Below are positions 48,456-59,444 of a stretch of 64,000 bases of DNA, one piece after another; the first letter of the stretch is position 1; the number at the start of each line of letters is the position of its first letter. Below the pieces are notes generated by a model that was not told the DNA's origin, made no database searches, and saw only the letters and a list, made by a program, of their open reading frames with translations. Position numbers and translations under genes: made by a program. The DNA is from Alphaproteobacteria bacterium (lineage in GTDB: Bacteria > Pseudomonadota > Alphaproteobacteria > MPNO01 > UBA830), in assembly GCA_965243135.1 (NCBI GenBank), contig OZ251539.1, positions 5,568,001-5,632,000 on the forward strand, read 5' to 3'.

Positions 48456-50081
48456 ATGCGGGAATACGATTACATCATCGTCGGCGCGGGCAGCGCGGGT
48501 TGCGTGCTCGCGTATCGACTGAGCGCCGCGTCCGATGTTCGCGTGCTTGTGTTGGAAGCCGGCGGCGCCGACACCGATCCGTTTATCGGAATTCCGATCG
48601 GCATCGGCCGGATGCACGGCAAGCGGGCGCATGACTGGGGCTACGATTCCGAACCCGAACCCGGTTTGCGCGGCCGCGAGATCGAGGCCATGCGCGGCAA
48701 GGTTCTCGGCGGCTCGTCCTCCATCAACGTCATGGCCTACGTTCGTGGCAACCGGGGGGACTACGACCGCTGGGCGCGAAACGGCGCCGCCGGCTGGTCC
48801 TATGCCGATGTGTTGCCGTACTTCAAGCGCATGGAGACGTGGGAGGGGGGTGCCGATGCATGGCGCGGCGGCGATGGGCCGTTGCACACGCAGCGCGCCC
48901 GCTCCCCGGATCCTCTCTGGGACGCCTGGATAGCCGCGGGTCAGGCGGCCGGAATCGGATTTACGGAAGACTACAACGGCGAACGGCAGGAAGGGTTGGG
49001 CCGCAGCCAGTCGACGATCCATCGCGGCAGGCGCGACAGCGCCGCCCGCGCGTTCCTCCGGCCGGCCGCGAAGCGCTCCAACGTGACCGTGCTGACCGGA
49101 GCCCATGCGACGCGGGTGCTGCTGGACGGCGCGCGCGCCGTGGGAGTCGCGTATATCCGCGGCGGCAAGGCCCTTGAAGCGCGCGCGGCGCGCGAGGTCG
49201 TTCTTTCGGGCGGGGTCTTCAACTCGCCGCAGCTGTTGATGCTTTCGGGAATCGGCCCTGCGGACCATCTTCGCGACGTCGGCATCGATCCCGTCGTCGA
49301 CCTGCCGTGCGTCGGCGGAAATTTGCAGGACCATCTGGCCGTGATGCCCATGGCCTCTCGCCCGCGTCCGGGTCCCTTCCGGGATCTGATGCGGTTCGAT
49401 CGCATGGCCGCCGCACTGGCGCAGGCGCATTTCCTGGGGACCGGACCCGCGACGTTTCTGCCCGGCGGCCTTCACGGGTTCGTTCGAACCCGTTCGGACC
49501 GCGCGGTGCCGGACATCCAGTTCCTGTTCCGCGGCGCGCCGGCCGACGCCCGTCTCTGGTTTCCGGGATTCAGGCGGCCCTACGCCGACGGGTTCGGGTT
49601 GCGCCCGGTGCTCCTGCATCCCGAAAGTCGGGGCGCGGTTCGGCTGCGCTCCGCCGATCCGACGGAAAAGGTCCGCATCGTCCAGAATTTTCTCCAAACG
49701 GAAGGCGATCTCGTTACGCTGCGCGACGGCTTCAAGCTTGCGCGCGAACTGCTGAACCAATCGGCGCTCGACGAATTCCGCGGCGAGGAGATTTCTCCCG
49801 GGAAGGAGGTCGATACCGACGACCGAATAGACGACTGGATCCGCCGCACCGCGGTGACCGCCCACCATCCGTCGTGCACCGCGCCCATGGGGACGGGCGC
49901 GGACGCGGCGCTCGATACGGAATGCAAGGTGCGCGGCGTGGAGGCGCTCCGGGTCGTCGACGCCTCGGCGATGCCTGATCTCGTTTCCGGGAACATCAAT
50001 GCGGCGGTTCTGGCGATCGCCGAAAAGGCGAGCGACCATATTCTCGGCAAGACCCCGCTGCCGCGGGCCGAAACGCTCTGA
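48456..50081 (+). CDS. GMC oxidoreductase (choline dehydrogenase family)
   Basis: GAGSAG, GGSSSIN, NLQDH, HHPSCT, RVVDAS. Confidence 0.92.
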   Translation: MREYDYIIVGAGSAGCVLAYRLSAASDVRVLVLEAGGADTDPFIGIPIGIGRMHGKRAHDWGYDSEPEPGLRGREIEAMRGKVLGGSSSINVMAYVRGNRGDYDRWARNGAAGWSYADVLPYFKRMETWEGGADAWRGGDGPLHTQRARSPDPLWDAWIAAGQAAGIGFTEDYNGERQEGLGRSQSTIHRGRRDSAARAFLRPAAKRSNVTVLTGAHATRVLLDGARAVGVAYIRGGKALEARAAREVVLSGGVFNSPQLLMLSGIGPADHLRDVGIDPVVDLPCVGGNLQDHLAVMPMASRPRPGPFRDLMRFDRMAAALAQAHFLGTGPATFLPGGLHGFVRTRSDRAVPDIQFLFRGAPADARLWFPGFRRPYADGFGLRPVLLHPESRGAVRLRSADPTEKVRIVQNFLQTEGDLVTLRDGFKLARELLNQSALDEFRGEEISPGKEVDTDDRIDDWIRRTAVTAHHPSCTAPMGTGADAALDTECKVRGVEALRVVDASAMPDLVSGNINAAVLAIAEKASDHILGKTPLPRAETL

Positions 50082-50118
50082 AGCCGCGAACCGCGCGGCG
50101 CCGCGAGGGAACGAAGCC

Positions 50119-51336
50119 ATGGCGAACAAATTCGACGTGGGCGGGATCGAACTCGATCGGCCCTTCAAGATTCGCAGGCTGGGACATTTCGGGTTCTATG
50201 CGCGCGACATGGAGGCCTCCCTTCGGTTCTATCGCGATTTGCTCGGCTTTCAGGTCACCGACGAACTCGACTTCGCTCCCCGGGCGCGGAATCCGGAGGA
50301 TCTGGAGGGTCAGGGCGACACGCGCGGATATTTCATGCGGTACGGTACGGACCACCATGCGTTCGTCCTGTTTCCCTATCGCGTTCGAAAGGCGATCGAT
50401 TACGACGGCGCGATGGCGGAGGGCGCGACCATGAACCAGATCACGTGGCAGGTCGGCAGCCTGCGGGAGGTCCGCGACGCCACCGACTGGTTCGACGAAG
50501 TCGGCGTTCGCTACGGGCGGACAGGGCGCGACCTGCCGGGCTCGAACTGGCACGTCTACCCCGCCGATCCCGAGGGGCGGGTGAACGAACTGTTCTACGG
50601 CATCGAGCAGATCGGCTGGAACGGGCTCTCGAAGCCGCGCGACATGTACGACAGGGACTTCAGGACGGCGCCGGAACTTCCCGTCGTCGGCGAGGCGGAG
50701 GAAGTCCGGGGCGCCCGGGAACGCGGCGTCGATCTCGCGGCGGGAACGAATTCGCTCGAGACGGGGCCCGCCGAATACAACGTGGGCGGCGTCATGCTGC
50801 CGCGCCCGTTCAAGGTGACGGGCATCGGTCCGGTGCGCCTGTTCTCCGGGCGGATGGAGGATGCGCTGACGTTTTACAGGGACAGGCTGGGCTTCGCCCT
50901 GACCGAGACCGTCGCCTGGAACGGCGGGAAATGCCGCTTTCTGCGCGTCGGCGCCGAGCACCATTCGCTGGCGCTCTATCCGATGGGGCTGCGGTCGGAA
51001 CTCGGTCTTTCCGACTGGTCGAACTGCTTCTCTTTCGGCGTCCGGCTCAACGATTACGCGCAGCTCAGGGACGCCGTCCGGTTTCTCGAACGAAACGGCG
51101 TCGAGATCCGCCGTTTGCCGCCGGATCTGTTTCCCGGAATCGACTACACCGCGTTCGCCATGGATCCGGACGGCCATGCCGTGCAACTCTACTACTACAT
51201 GGAGCAGATCGGCTGGGAAGGACTCCCGCGTCCCGCCCGCCTGCGGCGCCGGATAGACAACGACAACTGGCCCGAGACCCTTGACGCCGCGCCGGACGCC
51301 TTTGCCGGCGAGCAGTTTTCTGGACCTTGGGGATAG
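50119..51336 (+). CDS. Two-module VOC protein (extradiol dioxygenase-like)
   Basis: Duplicated RPFK..FYRD.LGF..(D/E)HH modules. Confidence 0.78.
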   Translation: MANKFDVGGIELDRPFKIRRLGHFGFYARDMEASLRFYRDLLGFQVTDELDFAPRARNPEDLEGQGDTRGYFMRYGTDHHAFVLFPYRVRKAIDYDGAMAEGATMNQITWQVGSLREVRDATDWFDEVGVRYGRTGRDLPGSNWHVYPADPEGRVNELFYGIEQIGWNGLSKPRDMYDRDFRTAPELPVVGEAEEVRGARERGVDLAAGTNSLETGPAEYNVGGVMLPRPFKVTGIGPVRLFSGRMEDALTFYRDRLGFALTETVAWNGGKCRFLRVGAEHHSLALYPMGLRSELGLSDWSNCFSFGVRLNDYAQLRDAVRFLERNGVEIRRLPPDLFPGIDYTAFAMDPDGHAVQLYYYMEQIGWEGLPRPARLRRRIDNDNWPETLDAAPDAFAGEQFSGPWG

Positions 51337-51775
51337 CGCGCGACGACGGCCGAACCGTCCGCGGCGACGACCCCGACGCAGGGTGCAAGATCGCCGCCGT
51401 CGCCGAAGCGCGGCAGCGTGACCGGCGGCGGCGATTAACCGCCGCGCCAGGCCGCGAACGGACGTCCGCTCGCTCTGAACGCGCCGCTCCTGCCCCGCGT
51501 CGCCGAACGCGTCGAAAAGCCGGCGGCGGCACCGAAGGCGGGTGTCCGCGACGCCGTCGTCTCGGAAAGGGCCGCGGACGTCCTGAGACAAGACATGTCC
51601 CCATCGAGGACGGCGCGCCGGGCGTCCCGCTGCCCGTAAGTTCCCGTCGTCCGCCGGAAAGCGCTTTCCCGGCTTCCATGCTCCGGTCGCAACCTGCGAC
51701 CGACGGCTCCGCCTTCTCGGCGCGACCTGTTCCTTGTTCAGACTTGCTTTTTTAAAAGATAATTTTAGATTAGCA

Positions 51776-52972
51776 ATGATGATTCCGCGCCAAGCGCATA
51801 AAGCCGTCACCGCCGCCTTGGGGCGACAAGCGGCAGTGGCCCTGATCGGACCGCGCCAGGTCGGCAAGACGACTCTCGCTCGCAACATCGTGCAGAACGC
51901 GGGAGGACTGTATCTGGACCTCGAGGCGGCCTCCGACCGGGCGAAACTCTCCGACGCCCGGCTTTTCCTCGACGAATACGAGGATCGCCTGGTCGTTCTC
52001 GACGAGATCCATCGCGCGCCCGGGCTGTTCGCGGAACTGCGCGGCATCATCGACCGGGGCCGGCGGCGCGGCAACCGGACCGGCCGTTTCCTGATGCTCG
52101 GATCGGCATCCATGGATTTGCTCGAACGGCCGGGCGAAACGTTGGCGGGGCGAATCGAGTTCGTTTCGCTCGGTCCCTTCGACGTGATGGACGTGTTGCC
52201 GGAAACCGCTTCCGTGACCGAACTGTGGGTGCGCGGCGGTTTCCCCGACAGCCTTCTGGCGGCAAGCGACGACGACAGCTCGGCCTTCCGCCGCAACTTC
52301 ATTCGCACCTACCTGGAACGCGACGTATCGGGGTTCGCCGGGCGGCGCATACCGTCGGAGACCCTGGCGCGTTTGTGGACCATGCTCGCCCACGGCCAGG
52401 GCGCGCTGCTGAACGCCTCGAAGCTGGCCGCCAGCCTGGCGCTCAGCGGTCCGACGGTGACCGGCTACGTCGATTTGCTGGTCGATCTGCTGTTGGTGCG
52501 CCGCCTGCGCCCTTTCCACGCCGACGTCCGCAAGCGTTTGGTCAAATCCCCCAAGGTCTACGTCCGGGACAGCGGTCTCGTCCATGCTCTGCTCGGCCTC
52601 GATGGCCACAACGCGCTCGCGGGACATCCGGTTGCGGGCGCGAGCTGGGAAGGTTTCGTCATCGAGAACCTGCTGGCCGCGGCTCCGCCCGGAACCGTCG
52701 CCGGTTTCTACCGCACCCGGGCCGGAGCCGAGATCGATCTGGTGCTGGAATTGCCGGGCGGCAGGGCGGCTTGGGCCGTCGAAATCAAGCTCGGGTTGAC
52801 GCCCGGGGTCAGTCGCGGATTCCGCAACGCCTGCGAGGATGTCGCGCCCGAGCGATCTTTCGTCGTCTATTCCGGCGATGACCGCTACCCGCTGTCGAGC
52901 GGCCTGGAAGTCATCGGCCTGCGCGAAATGACGGGACTGCTCCGGAGTCTCGCCGAAACGGATCGGCTGTGA
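51776..52972 (+). CDS. AAA_14 ATPase with DUF4143 domain
   Basis: GPRQVGKTT, LDEIH, LGSAS, RGGFP, KSPKVYVRDSGL, EIDLV..VEIK. Confidence 0.9.
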   Translation: MMIPRQAHKAVTAALGRQAAVALIGPRQVGKTTLARNIVQNAGGLYLDLEAASDRAKLSDARLFLDEYEDRLVVLDEIHRAPGLFAELRGIIDRGRRRGNRTGRFLMLGSASMDLLERPGETLAGRIEFVSLGPFDVMDVLPETASVTELWVRGGFPDSLLAASDDDSSAFRRNFIRTYLERDVSGFAGRRIPSETLARLWTMLAHGQGALLNASKLAASLALSGPTVTGYVDLLVDLLLVRRLRPFHADVRKRLVKSPKVYVRDSGLVHALLGLDGHNALAGHPVAGASWEGFVIENLLAAAPPGTVAGFYRTRAGAEIDLVLELPGGRAAWAVEIKLGLTPGVSRGFRNACEDVAPERSFVVYSGDDRYPLSSGLEVIGLREMTGLLRSLAETDRL

Positions 52973-53198
52973 GAACCGGCCGTCGCCGCGGAAATCGTCC
53001 CGCTTGATGGACGGGCTGGCCGCCGCCGCCGCCCGCCCGGGGCTTGCCAGCGTGCGGCCATGCGGGATCAGCGCGAAGCCCCGCCGCCGCCGCCCGCCCG
53101 GAGCTTGCCCGACTCCCGCCGCTTCTCGCCGCTCGGGCGCAGGCGACCGCGTCCGGCGGCAAGACGTCGCTCCGTTCGCCTGCGCCGGGCGGGTCGCG

Positions 53199-53870
53199 TC
53201 AATCCTTTTGGCCGGCGAACAGCCAGCGGCACAGGACCGCCGCGAGAACCGCCCCCGCGAATTCGGCGAGGACGAAGCCGGGCAGATCGACCGGCCGTAT
53301 GCCGGAAAAGGTGTCGGTGAAGCTCCGCGCGATCGCGACCGCCGGATTGGCGAACGACGTCGAGGAAGTGAACCAGTATCCGGCCGATATGAACAGTCCG
53401 ACCGCGTAGGGAATCGCGGACGGCCGGAAACGAATGCATCCGAAGATGGTCGCGACGAGACCGAACGCGGCGACGATTTCCGCTCCCCATTGCGGCGGCC
53501 CGGTCCGGACCGTGGTCGACCACGCGATCAGGGGCTCCTCGAACATGAAATGCGCGACGATCGCCCCGATGACGCCGCCGGCGATCTGCGCCCCGAAATA
53601 CGCGGGCGCCTCGCGCATGGGGAACATTCGCCGCAGGCACAGCGCGGCCGTCACGGCCGGGTTGAAGTGGGCGCCGGACAGCGGACCGAAGACGAGAATG
53701 AGCACCGTCAGGATGGCGCCGGTCGCCGCGGCGTTCGCCAGCAGCGCGACGGCGTCGTTTCCGGCGGCGAGCCGGTCGCCCATGATGCCGGAGCCGACGA
53801 CCGTCGCGACCAGGATTCCGGTTCCGAGCGCTTCCGAGGCGAGGCGCCGTCCGAGATCGAATTCGTTCAT
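53199..53870 (-). CDS. MIP/aquaporin family channel (AqpS-like)
   Basis: SGAHFNPAVT and STSFANPAV motifs. Confidence 0.9.
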   Translation of the reverse strand: MNEFDLGRRLASEALGTGILVATVVGSGIMGDRLAAGNDAVALLANAAATGAILTVLILVFGPLSGAHFNPAVTAALCLRRMFPMREAPAYFGAQIAGGVIGAIVAHFMFEEPLIAWSTTVRTGPPQWGAEIVAAFGLVATIFGCIRFRPSAIPYAVGLFISAGYWFTSSTSFANPAVAIARSFTDTFSGIRPVDLPGFVLAEFAGAVLAAVLCRWLFAGQKD

Positions 53871-53957
53871 GCAGCGAAGCTCCGCGGCCGATTGCGGCCT
53901 CGTCGTACGTCCGTTTCGTTACCGTTTTATGAATGAATTGCCGGAAGGGCGGCCCGG

Positions 53958-55103
53958 CTATCCGGCCGCGAGGTTGGACGGTTTTCCGTCCGCGCCGACG
54001 GAGACCTCTCCGTCCTGCGAGACGGCGCGGCCGATGCGCTCCCACTCGTCGCGGTACGTCGCGTTGGATCCCCGGAACTTCGGCATCACGTGGCGCGCGA
54101 ACAGTTCGATCGACCGCTTGAGCTTGTCCGAACGCGTCCATTCGTGGGCGGTCAACATGACGCCGCCGAACGGTCCGTTCTCCCGCAGCTTGTCCTCGAT
54201 CCATCTCGCGGCGTCGTCCGGCGTTCCGATGCACCAGTCGCGCCTGTCGGCGCAGGAACGGGCGGTGAATTCGCGGACAGGCTGACCCGGATACCCTTCG
54301 TACAACCGTTTGAGCCCGATCGACGCGAAGTATTCGGTTTCCCGCAGGATGCCGGCTTCGACGTCGGCCCACGCCTCCTCGCGGGTTTCGGCGAGGTAGA
54401 ACGACGTGACGAGGCTCCATCCGCTCCGGTCCGCCTTGCGACCGTGCCGGGCGCAGGCTTTCTCGAATTCGTCCCACAGCGTCGCGAAGCTGCCGCCGCC
54501 CGGCCGGTTGCGGCCGCAGGGCGTCCAGAGCTCCATGCCGTGGCGCGCCGCGAGATCGAGGTTCTGCGCGCTGCCGCTGGTGGGCAGCGCGAGCGGCAAG
54601 CGCGGCTTCTGATAGGACCGGAGTTGAAGGCGCATGTCCTCGAAGCGCCAGAATTCGCCATGATGGCTGATCGGTTCGCCGGCTTCCAGGAGCCGCACGA
54701 TGATGTCGGCCGCCTCGCTCAGCATCGGATACAGCCTGTCGTTTCCCAGCCGGAACAGTTTCTTGTCGGTGACGAGGTTGCTTGGCCCGATGCCGAGCGT
54801 CGCCCGTCCGCGCGTGAGGTGGTCGAGAAACGCGATTCGCTCCGCCACGTGGAAGGGGTGATGGAACGGCAGGTTGATCACCGACGTGCCGAGTCTGATC
54901 CTGCCGGTCCGCGCCGCCGCCATCGAAAGCGCCATTTCCGGGGCCGGCATCGTCTCCCAGCCGCCGGAGTGATGCTCGCCGATGTAGAAGCCGTCGTAAT
55001 CGAGGTCCTCGGCGAACGGGATCAGGTCTATGTCGCGGTGAAACGCCAGGGTCGGATTTTCCGACGGATGATGCACCGGCATCATGAAGAACGAGAATTT
55101 CAT
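53958..55103 (-). CDS. LLM-class flavin-dependent monooxygenase
   Basis: IGEHHS, RLGTSV, HHPFHVAERIAFLDHL, ELFARHVMPKF. Confidence 0.88.
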   Translation of the reverse strand: MKFSFFMMPVHHPSENPTLAFHRDIDLIPFAEDLDYDGFYIGEHHSGGWETMPAPEMALSMAAARTGRIRLGTSVINLPFHHPFHVAERIAFLDHLTRGRATLGIGPSNLVTDKKLFRLGNDRLYPMLSEAADIIVRLLEAGEPISHHGEFWRFEDMRLQLRSYQKPRLPLALPTSGSAQNLDLAARHGMELWTPCGRNRPGGGSFATLWDEFEKACARHGRKADRSGWSLVTSFYLAETREEAWADVEAGILRETEYFASIGLKRLYEGYPGQPVREFTARSCADRRDWCIGTPDDAARWIEDKLRENGPFGGVMLTAHEWTRSDKLKRSIELFARHVMPKFRGSNATYRDEWERIGRAVSQDGEVSVGADGKPSNLAAG

Positions 55104-55416
55104 AAGGTGTCCGCTTCCCGAACCGGGGCGCTTGCGGCGACTGCCGCGGGAAACCGTACCGGAGAGGGTCGCTCCGCTCAACCCGCGCTTACGCGACGGC
55201 CGGCCCTTTTCCGCCGGAAGGCCGAAGCCTTGCGGCTCGACAGGCGGGCAGTCGGCCCGAACGTCGAGGCGCGGCGTCTTGCGAAAGCGCCGGATGCGCG
55301 TCCCGCCGAGCGCGTCTTCCGGCGGCGGCTTCTCGTTGCCGGAAACTCCGCGGGCGCCTTTCGGATGACAGAGCGGGAAAAAGGCGCGTATCTTGCGGCG
55401 AAACGGAGGTTTGAAG

Positions 55417-57051
55417 ATGGCGGATCGCGAGAGCATGGAATTCGACGTCGTCATCGTCGGCGGCGGACCGGCGGGACTGGCGGCCGCAATCCGCCTGAAG
55501 CAACTCGCCGCCGAACGCGGTTCCGCGGTTTCGGTCTGCGTTCTCGAAAAGGGTTCGGAAATCGGCGCCCACATCCTGTCGGGCGCCGTGATGGATCCGC
55601 GAGCGCTCGAGGAGCTCGTTCCCGACTGGCGGGAAAAGGGGGCGCCTCTCGATACCCCGGTCGCCCGGGACCGCTTTCTTCTGCTGAGCGAGAGCCGCGC
55701 TTTCAGGGTCCCTGACGTCCTGATGCCGCCGACGCTCAGGAATCGCGGCAATTTCATCGTCAGCCTCGGCAGCGTGTGCCGCTGGCTGGCCGAGCAGGCC
55801 GAAGCGCTGGAGGTCGAGATCTACCCGGGCTTCGCCGCGGCGGAAGTTCTCTATCGCGACGACGGCGCCGTCGCGGGCGTCGCCACCGGCGACATGGGCG
55901 TCGGCCGCGACGGTTCGCCGAAGGCGACGCACGAGCCCGGCATCGAACTTCGCGCCGCCTGGACGTTGTTCGCCGAGGGTTGCAGGGGATCGCTGGGCAG
56001 ACAGCTGATCGAGCGTTTCGACCTTGCGCGGGACTGCGAACCCCAAACCTACGGCCTCGGAATAAAGGAATTGTGGGAGGTCGACCCGGCGCGGCACGAG
56101 CCGGGCCTGGTGGTCCACACCGCCGGCTGGCCGATCGGTTCCGCCGCCTACGGCGGATCGTTCCTGTATCACCTCGAAGCCAACCAGGTCGCCGTCGGCT
56201 TCGTGGTCGGGCTCGACTACGGAAACCCCTATCTCAGTCCCTTCGACGAATTCCAGCGCTTCAAGACCCACCCTGAAATCCGCCCCGTATTCGAGGGCGG
56301 CCGGCGCGTCGCCTACGGAGCGCGGGCGGTCAACGAGGGCGGGTTGCAGAGCCTGCCGAAACTGGTCTTTCCCGGCGGGGCGCTGATCGGGTGCGAGGCG
56401 GGATTCCTCAACGTGCCGCGCATCAAGGGCAGCCATGCCGCCATGAAATCCGGCATGATGGCCGCCGAGGCGGTATTCGCGCATCGCGGCGACGGAGCGG
56501 AACTGGACGCGTATCCGGAAGCGTTCCGCGAGTCCTGGCTGCACGACGAATTGCGCCGGGCCCGCAACGTGCGGCCCGGATTCAAATGGGGCTTGCCGAT
56601 CGGCATGCTCCATGCCGGGCTCGACCAGAAGATCCTTCGCGGGAAGGCGCCCTGGACCCTCAGGCATCGCGGAACCGATCACGCCGCTACCGAGCCCAAG
56701 AGCAGGCACCGGCCCATCCGTTACCCCAAACCGGACGGCGTCGTGTCGTTCGACAAGCTCTCCTCGGTGTACCTTTCGGGAACCAATCACGAGGAGGATC
56801 AGCCCGTTCACCTTACGCTGAAGGATCCGGATGTCCCGATCCGGGTCAATCTCGCCGAGTACGACGCGCCCGAACAGCGCTACTGTCCGGCCGGCGTCTA
56901 CGAGATCGTCGAAGATGGCGGCGCGCCGCGCCTGCAGATCAACGCGCAGAACTGCGTTCACTGCAAGACCTGCGACATCAAGGACCCCGGCCAGAACATC
57001 GTTTGGGTTACGCCGGAGGGGGGCGGCGGGCCGAATTACCCGAATATGTGA
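55417..57051 (+). CDS. Electron transfer flavoprotein-ubiquinone oxidoreductase
   Basis: [22 protein letters not shown] and [12 protein letters not shown] 4Fe-4S motif. Confidence 0.95.
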   Translation: MADRESMEFDVVIVGGGPAGLAAAIRLKQLAAERGSAVSVCVLEKGSEIGAHILSGAVMDPRALEELVPDWREKGAPLDTPVARDRFLLLSESRAFRVPDVLMPPTLRNRGNFIVSLGSVCRWLAEQAEALEVEIYPGFAAAEVLYRDDGAVAGVATGDMGVGRDGSPKATHEPGIELRAAWTLFAEGCRGSLGRQLIERFDLARDCEPQTYGLGIKELWEVDPARHEPGLVVHTAGWPIGSAAYGGSFLYHLEANQVAVGFVVGLDYGNPYLSPFDEFQRFKTHPEIRPVFEGGRRVAYGARAVNEGGLQSLPKLVFPGGALIGCEAGFLNVPRIKGSHAAMKSGMMAAEAVFAHRGDGAELDAYPEAFRESWLHDELRRARNVRPGFKWGLPIGMLHAGLDQKILRGKAPWTLRHRGTDHAATEPKSRHRPIRYPKPDGVVSFDKLSSVYLSGTNHEEDQPVHLTLKDPDVPIRVNLAEYDAPEQRYCPAGVYEIVEDGGAPRLQINAQNCVHCKTCDIKDPGQNIVWVTPEGGGGPNYPNM

Positions 57052-57177
57052 CCGTCCCGGTCCTTCCCTTGACGCGTTCGCGCCGGCATCCGCGCTTCGG
57101 CGGGCGCGGCGCCGTTCGTCCGGTCCCGCCCGGTCGGGAGTCGCCTTTTCGGCGCGGCCGCGCGTAGAAAGCCAGTC

Positions 57178-59064
57178 ATGCTTCGCATCGAAAACCTCAC
57201 GTTCCGGTTCGGAAAACGCGTCCTGTTCGACCGCGCCGCCGCGACCGTCCATGCCGGCCGCAGCGTGGGTCTCGTCGGGCGCAACGGCGCCGGCAAGACG
57301 ACCCTGCTCCGGTTGATCGCGGGCGTTATCGAACCCGACGACGGCGTTGTCGACGTTCCGCCGCGCTGGCGGATCGGAATGACGCGGCAGGAAGCGCCCT
57401 CCGGTCCGCTGAGCCCGCTTCGAACGGTGCTGGCCGCCGATCGCGAACTCGAAGCCCTTGAGCGCGAAGCCGAGCGGGCGGCGGATCCGGCGCGCGTCGC
57501 GGAGATCCACGAGCGCCTGCGCGCTCGGGAAGCGCACAGCGCGCCTGCGCGCGCCGCGCGAATACTGGCCGGCCTCGGCTTCGGTCGCGACGCCCAGCGG
57601 CGGCCGCTCGACGAGTTTTCGGGCGGATGGCGAATGCGCGTGATGCTTGCGTCGCTCCTGTTCGCCGAACCCGATCTGCTGTTGCTGGACGAGCCGACCA
57701 ACCATCTGGATCTCGAGTCGGCCATGTGGCTGGAGGACTATCTGAGAGCCTACCGCGGGACCGTCGTCGTCGTCAGCCACGACCGCGACCTGTTAAACGG
57801 GGTGGCTCGGGAGATCGTTCATCTCGATCAGGGCAAGCTGATTCTCTACAAGGGCGACTACGACCGGTTCGAGCGGACGCGCCGGCTGCGCCTGGAGCAG
57901 GAGGGACGGCTTCGGGCGAATCTCGAAGCCGAGCGGGCGCGAATCCGCAAGTTCGTGGACCGGTTCCGCTACAAGGCCACCAAGGCGCGTCAGGCGCAGT
58001 CCCGGCTCAAGATGCTGGAGCGCATGGAGCCGGCGCCGGAGCGCCGGGAAGACGCGCCGGTCGGAATCGACTTTCCCGATCCCGGGCCGCTGGCTCCGCC
58101 CCTGTTCGCGGCGCGCGGCGTTTCCGTCGGCTACGGCGGACGGCCGGTGCTCCGGCGGCTTTCCTTTCGTCTCGACGGCGACGACCGGATCGCGTTGCTG
58201 GGAGCCAACGGCAACGGCAAGTCGACGTTGATCCGCCTGCTTGCCGGCAGGCTGGAGCCGGAGGAGGGAACCGTGACCGCGTCGCCCGGGCTGCGGACGG
58301 GGTATTTCGCGCAGCATCAGGCGGACGAACTCGACCTCGATGCGACGCCGTCGATCGAGCTGGCCCGCAGGCGGCGCGGCGACGCGCCGGAACGGATCAG
58401 GAGCAGGCTGGCGCGTTTCGGCTTTTCGCAGGAGCGCTCGGAAACCGCCGTCGCGGACCTCTCGGGCGGAGAAAAGGCGCGTTTGTTGTTCGCCCTGATG
58501 ACGGCTCACAACCCGCATCTCCTGCTTCTGGACGAGCCGACCAACCATCTCGACGCCGAGTCGCGCCGCGCGTTGATACATGCCGTCAACGCCTTTGCGG
58601 GCGCCGTCGTCCTCGTCAGCCACGATCCGCATGTCGCCGGACTCGTCGCCGACCGGTTGTGGATCGTCGCGGACGGCTCCGTCGCGCCGTTCGAAGGCGA
58701 TATGGAGGACTACCGGACCTTTCTTCTGGAGCGCAGGGATTCTCGGGAACGCGGAACGGCGGAGCGCGAAAAGCCGGCCGGCGGACGCGGGCTCCGCCGC
58801 GCCGCCGCGGCGCGCCGCGAGGCTCTGGCGCCCCTGCGCAAGCGGTTCGAGCAAGCCGAGCGGAAAGTCGAAGAACTCGCGGCCGGAAAGGAGCGGATCG
58901 AAGCCCTGATGACGCAGCCCGAGACTTACGAGGGGGACGGCGAAAGAGTGGTCGCGCTGCAGAAGGATCTCGGGCGGGTCGTTCGGGACTTGAAGGAAGC
59001 CGAGGAAGTCTGGCTTCGCCTGGGCGAGGAGCTCGAAGCCGCTCGGTCGGAGGTCGAACGATGA
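57178..59064 (+). CDS. ABC-F family ATPase (YheS-like)
   Basis: Two NBDs (GRNGAGKT/FSGGW; GANGNGKS/LSGGE), no TM segments. Confidence 0.92.
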   Translation: MLRIENLTFRFGKRVLFDRAAATVHAGRSVGLVGRNGAGKTTLLRLIAGVIEPDDGVVDVPPRWRIGMTRQEAPSGPLSPLRTVLAADRELEALEREAERAADPARVAEIHERLRAREAHSAPARAARILAGLGFGRDAQRRPLDEFSGGWRMRVMLASLLFAEPDLLLLDEPTNHLDLESAMWLEDYLRAYRGTVVVVSHDRDLLNGVAREIVHLDQGKLILYKGDYDRFERTRRLRLEQEGRLRANLEAERARIRKFVDRFRYKATKARQAQSRLKMLERMEPAPERREDAPVGIDFPDPGPLAPPLFAARGVSVGYGGRPVLRRLSFRLDGDDRIALLGANGNGKSTLIRLLAGRLEPEEGTVTASPGLRTGYFAQHQADELDLDATPSIELARRRRGDAPERIRSRLARFGFSQERSETAVADLSGGEKARLLFALMTAHNPHLLLLDEPTNHLDAESRRALIHAVNAFAGAVVLVSHDPHVAGLVADRLWIVADGSVAPFEGDMEDYRTFLLERRDSRERGTAEREKPAGGRGLRRAAAARREALAPLRKRFEQAERKVEELAAGKERIEALMTQPETYEGDGERVVALQKDLGRVVRDLKEAEEVWLRLGEELEAARSEVER

Positions 59065-59444
59065 AGGCCTGCGCGCGTGCGACCGCTTGAGACATAAACC
59101 GCCGATTCCCGAGCCTCGCTTCGCGACCGGAGCCGGTGCGCGCCGAGGCCGGCGAAGACGGTCGTCCGGGCTCGGGCGTTCGCCGATAGCGTGGAACTCC
59201 GGCGAAGCGGCGGGCCGCGTCTCGTGCGCCCGTTTCAGGCGCAGCGCGTCGCTCTCGCCGGCGAGTCCGAAAAACCGGTCTCGCGGCCGAACCCGGAAAC
59301 CGGCGCCGGGAAGGCCCGCGGCAGGGAACGAGAGCGGCCGCTTCGCGCCAGCCGCTGCGCGCGCACGGAATTGCCGTGGTATTAAGCCGTTGTTCGCGGC
59401 AGCCGCTCGAAAGCGCGCGCCCGTGTCCCCCGCTGGAGGCGTTC

